Source of the DNA: Lama glama
Lineage: Eukaryota
Assembly (NCBI GenBank): GCA_028534125.1
Contig: CM052817.1
Span: forward strand, 4,590,001 to 4,654,000
DNA: 64,000 nt
Direction: 5' to 3'
Shown piece by piece: positions 39,675 to 49,932 of the stretch. Position 1 is the first letter of the stretch. Each line of letters starts with the position of its first letter. A program made the position numbers and the translations under genes. The notes under the pieces are model-generated. The model saw only the letters and a program-made list of their open reading frames with translations, had not been told where the DNA came from and did no database searches.

Positions 39675-40190
39675 CATTACTGAGTCCAAATTCGTTCTGC
39701 TCACTGCACCACAGGTCAGTAAATTGGGAGACGAGGCGCTGGGGCAAGGAATAATGACTTTATTCTGAAAAACAGCAGCCTGAGAAGGTGGCAGACTAAT
39801 GTCTTAAAGAACCATCTCCCCCAGGTCAGAATTCAGGCTCCTTTTGTATTAAAGGGAGGAGGTGTGGTCTGTTGTTGCAAACTTCTTGGTCTTGGAATCC
39901 TTTGTTCTTGCAGCTGTCCGGGTAGGTCAGGTCATGGTGTCCCTGTAAACCTCCAACAAGACAAATGTCCTTCTTTGTTGGGCAAATGTGTATTTCTGTA
40001 CGAATGGAAAAGTGTTACACCCTTAAAGGTCAGCTTGAGAAAGGGCTCTCCTGTGTCTTTCAGGCTGTAGGCAACGTTCTTTTTTACAAAAGGTGCAGAA
40101 CCAGCATGACCGAGCACAGGCAACAGAGCACAGGGTTTGAGCCAAAGGAGCCGATCTAATACAGAGTCACGTGTGCTCTTCCCTGTCACA
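39675..40190 (-). mobile_element. ERV solo LTR (family B, copy 1)
   Basis: Alignable over its length with 41487-42003; tttatt (minus-strand AATAAA); ends ...ctgtcaca; no clear TSD. Confidence 0.8.
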
Positions 40191-40651
40191 GAGGTACTGA
40201 CACTCTCCTGCAACAGGGGTCTTGAGTTCAGGGAGTGTGGATGCAACAGGACTCAGTGACAGTGTGTCTCCTCCCTCCTCCCCGCCCGCTGGACAGTATA
40301 AGGTGCAGGCACCCCCGTAGCCTTTCCTAACCCCTCTGTGCCTCCCTTTTTACACAAATGATCTCCACTCGGGTCTGATTACTGGCATTTTTCTCTCCGA
40401 CCAAGTTAAGAAGGCTAGGTGATGTAAATAAGCGTGAGAGCCTAACAGCACAGTAGTCCACTGATGTGGACTGAGACAAGTCTGCTTATCTGAGCCAATA
40501 GCTGAGAGCTATTTTCAGGCAGTTTGATTTGAAAATTTCCACCTCTGTGAATTTCCTTCTTTGAGATTGTTCTGAAAAATGTTAATAGGGAGGCTGGGTT
40601 ACAACAGCAGCTCCCAGAATTTAGCTGCTTCATCATGGCCTCCTTGGGACA

Positions 40652-40900
40652 CTGTGTGTGTGTGTGCACACGTGTGTACTACACAGGTATGTGTTCCATG
40701 TGAGTGTGCACAGACGTGCTTGTGTGTACGTGTGCACTGTGTGTATGTTGCTAGATGTGCATGTGTGCCTGTATCTGTGTGCACATGTGTGCATTGTTGC
40801 TTTGTGCATTTCTATGCACTGCATGTGTGTGCATGTGTGTGTGGTGGTACAGGTATGTGTACGTGTGCTTGCATGCTGCACGCACGTGCCTGTGCGTGCC
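40652..40900. repeat. Degenerate (TG)n/(TGCA) alternating purine-pyrimidine tract
   Basis: About 250 bp of tgtgtgcacacgtgtgtac...gcatgtgtgtg directly upstream of the exon at 40944. Confidence 0.9.
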
Positions 40901-40943
40901 TGGGCGGCGTGTCACCTCCCACGTGCCACCTCTGCTCCCGCAG

Positions 40944-41183
40944 TCCGCCGCCGAGTGTAGTGGCCTCCTGCGGAGCCTGCACGGGCTGGAGCAGGAGCAC
41001 CTGAGGACGTCGCTGGCTCTGCAGCAGGAGGAGGACCTGGCCAAGGCGCACCGGCAGCTGGCCACTTTCCAGAGAAACGGGCTGCACAGCATCTTTTTCA
41101 CCCAGATAAAAAGCGCTATTTTCAAAGGGGAACTGAAGCCGGAGGCCGCTAAACTGCTGCTGCAAGATTACTCCAAAGCACAG
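40944..41183 (+). CDS. EVC2: EVC2 exon 11 equivalent
   Basis: ctcccgcAG acceptor, cag|GTaatg donor, 240 nt, phase 0-0. SAAECSGLLRSLHGLEQEHLR...FKGELKPEAAKLLLQDYSKAQ. Confidence 0.96.
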
Positions 41184-41486
41184 GTAATGCCTCAGCTACG
41201 GCTCTGCCGGCAGAGTCGTCCTCCTGACCTGTGTCAGTGACCGCCTCCTCTCCCAGAGCCGAGTCCTGTCCCTTCTGTGCTGTATTCCCCTGCACGAACC
41301 TTCTCCCTCTTGACGTGGGGGTGGGTTCCAGTATGCAGGGCAGGCGGCGGCTTGAAGCACAGGCCTTGGACTCACCTGGGCTTGCATCCTAGGCCCACCG
41401 CCCATCAGCTCTGTGAAATTCAGCAGATTGCCTAACCTCTGAGCCTCAGTTGCCTCCCCTGTAAAGTGGGGGTGATAGACTGTCCA

Positions 41487-42003
41487 TGTTACCGAGTCCA
41501 AACTCAATCTGCTTGCCACATGACAGGCCAGTAAATCAGGAGACAAGGCACTGGAGCAAGGAATATCGACTTTACTCAGAAAGCCAGCAGACCAGGAAGA
41601 TGGGGGACTAATGTCCTGGAGAACCACCTTCCCCAAAGTCAGAATTCAGGCTCCTTTTACACTAAAAAAGGGACGGGTTGTGGTTGGTTGTTGCCAACTT
41701 CTTGGCATCAGGGTCCTTTATTCTTGCAGCTGTGCGTGTAGGTCAGGTCACGATGTCCCTGTAAACCTCCAACAGAACACGTTATTTTCTATTCTGCAAC
41801 TTTTTATCTCTGAATGAATGCAAACGTGTTCTACCCCTAAAGGTCAGAGCCTTGAGAAGGGGCTCTCCTGTGCACTGCAGGCTGCAGGAGCATTCTTTTG
41901 CAAAAGGTGCGGAAGCAGCGTGACTGGGCACAGGCAACAGAGCGCAGGGCTGGAGCCCGAGGAGCAGAGCTAATGTGGAGTCAGGTTTGTTCTCCCCGTC
42001 ACA
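41487..42003 (-). mobile_element. ERV solo LTR (family B, copy 2) inserted in a MIR
   Basis: TGTTA...TCACA termini, imperfect 4-bp TSD tcca/ccca, MIR sequence on both sides. Confidence 0.82.
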
Positions 42004-43923
42004 CCCACAGTGAAAGGGGCGTGGTGAAGATTTAACGATCTAACTCATGGAAAGCCAGTGCTTGGCACAATGTATGTTTAATATATACAGCAGTTTAAAG
42101 TGTAAATATATATGTGTGCATACACATATGTGTGTGTGCACACGTGTGTGTTGCTGTCTGATCTCTGTCTCCATGTGCTTGGGGGAGTTTGTGTGTGCTT
42201 TTGCACGGAAGCTTGTGTGTGAGTGTCATTAGTTGAGACCAAATACATTCGTAGATGATTGGGAAAATCGTTTACGCGAGACGGTCACTATCTCTCACAC
42301 GGCCTTCCTGAGGCATCTGACCTGCACGCGTACACACAGAGGGAAATCATTCGTGTGCAGTAATGCACCAGATTTCCGCTGCTGGCCCAGGCCGCCGAGT
42401 GAGGGCTGTGAAGGGGCAGGGCCGCCCCAGCAGGAGACCAGGTGGCCTTTTGGGAAGAGAGAGCCACTCTCTGAAGGCACTGGGTGTGAAGAGCAAGCCA
42501 GCCTTTACGTTCTGCTCCAGGTTTGTCCCACGAAAACTTCAGAGGAGTAAAGAGGGTCAGGATTCTGTCGCATTCCTGGTCAGGTATTCGACCCCGCGGC
42601 ATCACTCAGTTGGTAACAGATTTTGCTGTCATTTTACCAACCCCTCACGACGGGCAGTGGCCGATTCTCAGTATTGCAAGGAACACGTGTTGTTGTTCGT
42701 AATACTTGGGACCAAAATGGAACAGCCACGGCGACGATAGTCCCAGAGCGCAGGCTGCACCGGCCGGGGCTGTTGGAGTGTTTGGGGACGCCGACTCACG
42801 GGACGGGCTCGGGTCAGCCCACTCCTGCGACCCAGCTCCGCAGAGGACAGACATCTCGCCACAGTGTTCCTGCTCCGTTGAGCCTGCTGCCAGGGGCCCT
42901 CAGGGCGAGGCCGGCCTTCAGCACGTGAGCCGGCCGTTCCACTTCTCCCTGTCCGGAGAGCGCAGATTCTCAGGTGTTGGAACTGGACATACGGTAGCTT
43001 GGCTGTGAGAAGGGCACTGCCCATGGCATCGTGTGTTCCTTGTTGAGCCAAGTGCTGATCTGTCGGGTAACCCATTGCGCGGACGGTAGTTCCCCGGATG
43101 GAAAAATCCAGCCGAGCAGGTCGGTGGGATAATACCACCGAGTCTGGTGCTTGAATTACCACTGGCCTCATTACTGCTGGCCTAATGGCTGCGCTGCTGG
43201 TTCCGCTGGGTTTTGGAGGCAGCCCGCTATGGAGTGAGGGCACAGGCCCTGGGCTTAGACGGCTGAATTCGAATCCCTGCTCAGTCACTTGCCAGCTGTG
43301 TGATGTGGACTCAGTTTCCTCATCTGCGAAATGGGAATGACAGTATCCTCTCCCTAGATTAGGAAAGACAAGAAACACTCTGGGTCCAGTGCCAGGCCCA
43401 GAAAAACACCCGGTGTGTGCTAGACTGTGACTGCTCTCTTGTGCTTGGTTGGGTTTTTGTGCGTTTTGTAGGTTGTAAGAACTTCATGCTGCGATGTGAC
43501 CGGGCTCACCCCATGTCCCGCGAGAGTGTGGGAGTTCTGCGGGTCAGAACTGGTGGCTGATTCGTCTCAGAACCTCCGCACCTGTCCTGGGGATGGGTTC
43601 TGGGGACTCCACAGGTGTGCGTGTGCACGTGGGTGAAGGACACCTGGCTGAGTGAAATGTACCTTCCGTTTCTAGGGCAGTGAGGGTGTCTCGATAACTC
43701 TTTACCACCTGGGTCTCGAGCGCACTTTGCAAAGCCTGCATTTCTTATTAGTGTGTCATTTTCTTCTAAGCCTTCGTTCAGGGCAGGGACGTTTAAGGCG
43801 CTCGTCCTAGTGCTTCTCCCTGTGTGTTCTCTTCGGGAAGGAAATGTAATATTTTAAATGACTAGGAAGAATTTTCTCTAAGTTTTAATTAGGAATATTT
43901 TCTTGATTTTTTTTTCCTAACAG

Positions 43924-44099
43924 GAGAATGTAGAAGAGTTAATGGACTTTTTCCAGGCCAGTAAGAGATATCATCTAAGTAAAAGATTTGGGCACAGGGA
44001 ATACCTGGTCCAGAACATACAATCATCAGAGACCCGTGTGCAAGGCCTGCTCAGCACTGCTTCTGCTCAGCTGAGCCTCCTCATCCAGAAACATGAGAG
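43924..44099 (+). CDS. EVC2: EVC2 exon 12 equivalent
   Basis: T-rich tract + cctaacAG acceptor, ag|GTaaag donor, 176 nt. ENVEELMDFFQASKRYHLSKRFGHREYLVQNIQSSETRVQGLLSTASAQLSLLIQKHE(R). Not in the ORF track. Confidence 0.96.
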
Positions 44100-45183
44100 G
44101 TAAAGCCCGAACCCCCCCCCCAAATGATGCAGAAACATGAGCGGCAAAGCCCGAAGTCCCCCCCATATGATGTGGACAGATAGCCTTCCCCTGGCATTCC
44201 TCATCCAGGACTGCCCCCTTCTGTTCATTCACCCAGTGCCCTGGCTGCTGCTTCCTTATTTCTTCTTGAGAATTCTCTGCTTGCAAGAATCCTTCTCATT
44301 CTAGGATTTTAAAAACATACATCATCGTTGAGACAACCGGCCAGTGAGCCATCCCCGCCCTGAATTATTTTCAAGGAAATCCCCAGCATTTCATTGAGAA
44401 ATCAGTGGTGGAGACTTACATGAACTGTGTGATGGGACAGCCCACTTCTTAAGCTCCAGCTCGCTGATGGCTCTTACACTCACCTTTGGAATGAAGTATA
44501 AATACACAGGGGCTGACCTTGCAGTCTGCGTGTTTTTTTCTTTCTCAGAAGCCCTGGGGGTACCGTGCAGTCAGCTAAAGGGTCCTGGTGCGCACGCTCA
44601 TCCCTGCAGCCTCTGGCTCTGTCAACGTCCCTTCTCAGCCAGCTCTGGGGCGCGTAATTGTCAACAACGCAATTTCTTCTGTTTAGGTTACAGGAGGCTC
44701 TAGAATGAACAGGGCCATGACTATAAGGTTGGCTTCCTCAGGATGCGCTCCCTAGGTAATTGTATCAGGGCTTGGCAGCTCTCTTGCCCTATTTAATAAG
44801 AATTCTGTAAGGTGTAAATTATGTGAACATTCCCCATCCAGAGATGCTAATGAATTTGTCACTGTGGTTGACTTGGCATTCCTGATTAATTTTCACTCGA
44901 GTGAAAGAAACAGCTCCTTACCTTGAACTGAAACAGCCGACAGCAGTTGTATTGCTGTGAGCAGTTACCAGGAAAATGTGTTTTACCTCTGATTTTTAAA
45001 TCCTATTTGAAAAGGCTGGCACAGACCTACATTTCTCAAACGTGTGTCTACCATTCATTCGGTCACTTCTTCATTCCTTCAAGAAGCATTTCCATGGGGA
45101 ATCTACTGTGTGCCAAGCAGGGAGCCCAGCCCAGGGATGCAGACAGACTGGGAATGGTAGTGGTAATACTGGTTGTAACACAG

Positions 45184-45655
45184 TGTAGCAGTCAGGAGCC
45201 TCTGGAAAAATAGAACCTATGAGATATGTATGAGGAATTGGCTCTCGTGACTGTGGAGGCTGAGAAGTCCCACGACCTGGCACCTGCCACCTGCCAGCTG
45301 GAGACCCGGGGAAGCCAGTGATGTGATTCGGTCTGAGTCCAAAGGCCTGAGAATCAGGGGAGCCAATGATGTAAATCCCAGCCCTAGGGCATGGGAAGAT
45401 GAGATGGGATGTCCCCACTCAGCAGTGAGGCAGGAAAAAAAAGGTGGATTCCTTATCCTCTACCATTCCTCCTGGGTCGGACCCTCGGCAGCCTGTGTGA
45501 TGCCCACTAGCCCTGGGGAGGACCATCTGCTTTCCTGAGTACACCTATTCAAATGCTATTCTCACCCAGAAGCACCTTTGCAGACACACTCAGAGGTGAT
45601 CTTCAATGTGAGCAGCCTTGGCCAGTCACGTTGATACAGAGAACTAACCCTCACA
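45184..45655 (-). mobile_element. ERVL LTR (MLT2-like)
   Basis: tatgaggaattggctctcgtgactgtggaggctgagaagtcccacgacctg...gttgatacagagaactaaccctcaca. Confidence 0.75.
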
Positions 45656-46045
45656 CCGAGTTTTCCCTCCATTGACCTCTTGGACTTCGCTTGTACCATT
45701 CCTGCTGCCAGGAGCTCCTCATCCACTGTCTCTTCTTGGAAGATTCTATCTGTTCCACAGTGGTCCCCTGGGCTGTTGTTTCCTCCCAGCCCTCTTGCCC
45801 AGTTTCTGCCCTAATGGGTGATTCATCTTGTTATGTTGAGCTTTCTCTGCACATCTCTAAAAATGCTGACCTTACCCTTCCTGCATTTTAGTGATGTCAC
45901 AGCTTCCCATCCCCCTGCTCCTTCTGAGAGTGAAGATCTCTCTAATTCAGACCAACTCATGCAGAGATGCACATTCAACCACAGCACCGTCAGGCTGCAG
46001 GTGAGTCTGGACAGTGCATTAACTAAGTTCATCTTTTCCATCCAG

Positions 46046-46205
46046 GGCAGGCTACCTGGATGAAGATCAGATGGAGGTGCTGTTGGAGCGGGTTCAGACA
46101 GAAGTCTTTTCTATCAAACAGAAGTTGGACAATGACTTAAAGCAGGAGAAGAAGAAACTCCACCAAAAATTAATAATGAAGAGAAGACGGGAGATGCTGC
46201 AAAAG
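46046..46205 (+). CDS. EVC2: EVC2 exon 13 equivalent
   Basis: ttttccatccAG acceptor, aag|GTatgt donor, 160 nt, phase 2-0. AGYLDEDQMEVLLERVQTEVFSIKQKLDNDLKQEKKKLHQKLIMKRRREMLQK. Confidence 0.96.
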
Positions 46206-46644
46206 GTATGTAAGAAATTATGCTGTTTATTCTTCGCAGAACCATTTAAAATAACCACCAAGGGCCAGGTTCCACGTCAGGCACTGCCACCAAAGGGTGA
46301 GGTTCTGAAGGGCCATCAGGCAGGCATCACCATGTACCATCTGCAGTTGATTGGTAGTGACTTTCTGGAATGCCACGGCAAGGCTTTCCAGGTCCTATCC
46401 AGCTTCAGCGAAGCCGAGGGTTGTGGTAGATTAGTAATGTCTGCCAGGGCAAGGGGCAAGGAGTGCAGGCTCCAGTGAATAATGACTGTGGTGGGTGATA
46501 CCCCGTTTACTGAGCACGTACTTGGCAGGGTGCTGGCTGTGTTTATGAGGCACCTTGTTTAATCCTGGCATTAACCCTGTAAGGTAGCTGCTGCCATTTT
46601 CTCTCTTTTTCCTAGTGACGACACTGAGGCTGGGAGGGCTTACG

Positions 46645-47155
46645 TGTTGTGGTCCACTTGGGCTGCCAGACAAATTACCACAGATGGGGTGGCTTATAAA
46701 GAACAAACATTTATATCTCACAGTTCTGGAGGCTGCAAGTCCAGGGTCAGGGTGCTGGTGTGGTCAGGTTTGGTGAAGGCCCCCTTCTGGCTCCAGACGC
46801 CTGACTTCTCGCTGTGTCTGGAAGTGGGGAGAGAGCTTGGCGAGTGGGTGTGGGTCTTTTTCTATCAGGGCATCATCCTTGCTCTTGGATTGGAAAAATT
46901 AATATTGTTAAAATGGCCATACTACCCAAAGCAATCTACAGATTTGATGCGACCCCGATCGAATTACCCAGGACATTTTTCACAGAACTTGAACGAATAA
47001 TCTTGAAATTTATATCAGGACACCAGTCCCATTCAGGAGGCTCCACCCTCGAGACCTAAGCACCTCACAGAGCCTCCCTGTCCTGACGCCATCGTATCGG
47101 GTGTTAGATTTCAGCACACGGGTGTTGGGGGGACACAGACATTCAGAGCCCAGCA
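46645..47155 (-). mobile_element. MaLR LTR (MLT1A-like) inside a MIR, itself interrupted by an L1 ORF2 fragment
   Basis: TG...CA ends, imperfect 5-bp TSD ttacg/ttaag; ggcttataaagaacaaacatttatatctcacagttctggaggctg...ggacacagacattcagagcccagca. Confidence 0.8.
46872..47015 (+). mobile_element. Internal LINE-1 ORF2 fragment (about 140 bp)
   Basis: Translates [46 protein letters not shown], a typical post-RT L1 ORF2p segment. Confidence 0.9.
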
Positions 47156-47614
47156 TTAAGTACTGAGGGCCAGGTCGATGGTCAGTGATTGAGCCCAGGC
47201 CTGTCTGACTCAGGGCCCAAGCCTTGTCCTTGACACGAGCTGCTTGGCTGTTTGCCCACCCCAAGGGGGAGAGACCAACCACAGGGCACCCACCTGCTTC
47301 ACACTCTGGCAGTGCAGAGAGGACGTCACCGTCTCCGGGGGAGGGCGGCCCGAGGCAGGTGCAGTAGAGCCTGAGTCCTGGGGGACAGGCGAGCATCCGA
47401 TACCCACAGGGCGGTGAAGCGCTCGGGCGAGGACGTGCCGCTGTGTTGGGAGCTCCAGGACCGTGGGAGCTGGGTGCGCGGGGGGCGGCGGGCAGGGGTG
47501 GGGGGAGGCACCCCCTGGGAGCAGCACCACAGCAGTGAGGGCAGCGTGCAAGGCTGGCGGCTTACCTGCATCCCAGGACAGTGGGGAACGTCGCAGGGTT
47601 TTCAGGGGGAGAAG

Positions 47615-48064
47615 TGTTACTGAGCGCCAGTTCGATGCACCCTGAGGCCAAAGAAACCAAAACGGAGTTTGGAGCAGAGGAAGGTTTACTACAGGGCTGA
47701 GCAAGGAGGACAGGGTGGCTATGACCAAGAAAACCCAGACTCTCGAAGGTTTTCAGCAAAGCATATTTAAAGGCCAGGTCAGGGAGGGGGTCGCAGGGTC
47801 TGTGATCAGCTCATGCACAATTCTCTGATTGGCTGATGTGTAGGGAACAGGGCGGTCAACACCCTGGGTACCAGGTCTGGGGGCCACGTGCTCTTGATCA
47901 TCAAGTAGTTAATTTCTTTCCTTTGGTGGTGGTTTTTAGCATCTGAAAAACTCAGGAAATACACAGGAGATACTATTATCTGGGTACCTCAGAAAGGAGC
48001 TGCAGCAGAGGATACAGAGAGGGGTCTGTCCCAGGAAGGCCCCACAGGGTCCTGCTCGGTTACA
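47615..48064 (-). mobile_element. ERV1-type solo LTR (family C)
   Basis: TGTTA...TTACA termini, perfect 4-bp TSD GAAG (47611-47614 / 48065-48068), 450 bp. Confidence 0.85.
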
Positions 48065-49477
48065 GAAGGAAGATCAGATTTGGGATTCAGGAAGCTCACG
48101 TGAGCAGCCCTACAGATAGATTTGGAGAGCCCCAGGGCGTAAACCCATGGGAGGCTCTGGTACTCGGCCAGGTCAGAACTGATGAGACCAAACCCTGAGC
48201 ACGGAGCAAGGGCAGATGCAGAGCAGATGTGGGATGCTCGGGACGACCTGGGTGGTGGTCTGGTACCACTCAGAGGAAGGATGCAGAATAACTGAATTTG
48301 AATGATAGAAGCTCTACTTCTTACTACCAAGTGTTGGGCCCCCTAGAAAGCCATGATTCTCACCTTGACCCTTGACCTCCACCCCATCTCAGCATCACCT
48401 TGTCCACGTCCACTAGCTAAAGGATCAGAACAGCAGGGCCCCAGGACCACTTTTCTCTGACGGTCTGGCCTGGTTCAAGGTTAGGTCTGGAAGGATGGAT
48501 GCACTGCAGAGATTCTGGCAGTCCTCCGTAAATACTGTTTTTTCAGGCGGCTTTGTTAAATCCTGTGAAGGGCACAGAGTTTGGGAGTCCCTGCACGATC
48601 AGTGGTCTGTGTTGTAGCCCCAGCACTGAGGATACATAGTAGCTCAATGAGCATTTGTAGAATGAAGGAGGTGACACTCTCTGCTCACTCGGACCCATGA
48701 ACAAAAGGTAGACCATCCCGTGTTCTCAGAAAGTGGAACCGGACCTTTTGCAGGTGCATCATTATAAATAACAACAGAGTGGACATCTTTGTGCAGGTCA
48801 GCTTTTTCCTATCATAGGGCCTCCACACTTACTGCGTTTTCTCCCAAGAAAAGCCTCCCTCCCACCACCTGTCTTATCCTGATCGAGATATGACCTCATC
48901 CCTCAGGTCTCGCTTGGATCTTTTCCCTTAAAAGCCCTGTGACCTCCTCATTTAAATGGTCTCTCAGGGATCTCAGAGGTTTCCCCCTTACAATATCTCG
49001 GTTTCCATTTCCCATGTATCTGGGACGTGGTCATAATACTGGCAGACATTTGTTGATGGGAACCCTGCACCAGGCCCTTCTCTAAGAGCTAGATGTGTGT
49101 TAAGCAACTCATTAAGTCCTCACAACTGCTCTATGAAGTAGATCCTGTTATCATGCCCATTTTACAGATTAGGAAGTAGAGGCACAGAGAGGACAAGACA
49201 CTTGTTTGGCGCTGCTCAGTGCGCAAGGGAAGGAGCCAGGATCAGAACCAGCTGGTCTGCCTCTCGGGCTTTGCTGCCTTAGTAAATCCATGTTCAATAA
49301 ACGCTGAACAAATGAAGTTCCCACTACCTACTGTCATTTTCTAACTGCAAGAGCACTGGGGAGAAGACTACCCACATGCTGTGGCTCCCGCAACCAGTTC
49401 CCAAAGTGTTTTCCCAAAGAAAGGACACACCGAGTCCTGTGCCCCTTTTTAACTTTCCCTTCTGGGATTCCCGCCAG

Positions 49478-49932
49478 CACCGGGAGCAGCGGAAGGAGCA
49501 GCTGTCCGTCGGCGAAGCCGTCGGCGCGGCCGAGGATGCCGGCCGGTACCTGGGCCGGTGGCGGAGCCTGGTGGCCGAGCACAGCGCCGCCCTGGAGGAG
49601 CTGCAGGAGCGCCTGGACCAGGCGGCCCTGGACGAGCTCAGGGCCCTGAGCCTCTCGCTGTCCGAGAGGGCCACGGAGGAGCTGCGGCGCCTGCAGACCT
49701 CAGCCGTGACCCAGGAGCTGCTCAAGCGCGGCGTGCCCTGGCTCTTCCTGCAGCAGATCCTGGAGGAGCACGGCAGGGACCTGGCCGCCCGGGCCGAGCA
49801 GCTGGAGGGCGAGGAGCGGGACCGGGGCCAGGAGGGCGTCCAGGGCGTGAGGCAGAGACTGAAGGACGACGCTCTGGAGGCCGCCACGGAGGAGCAGGCG
49901 GAGCTGAGACACTGGGAGCGCTTGGTCTTTAG
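49478..49932 (+). CDS. EVC2: EVC2 exon 14 equivalent
   Basis: cccgccAG acceptor, ag|GTgagt donor, 455 nt. HREQRKEQLSVGEAVG...LLKRGVPWLFLQQILEEHG...EQAELRHWERLVF(R). Confidence 0.96.

Noticed and set aside
40579..41004. Cys/Val/His-rich ORFs that look like metal-binding proteins
   Set aside because: Translation artefact of the (TG)n tract.
39675..42003. Possible provirus with paired LTRs
   Set aside because: The interior is host intron and exon, with no PBS, gag or pol and no shared TSD.
42668..43378. 236-aa minus-strand ORF
   Set aside because: Starts in a MIR-like repeat, GC-rich with few stops, no recognisable domain or splice support.
49324..49887. 187-aa antisense ORF over exon 14 (also 56484-57086)
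   Set aside because: Shadow ORFs produced by high GC3 codon usage on the sense strand.
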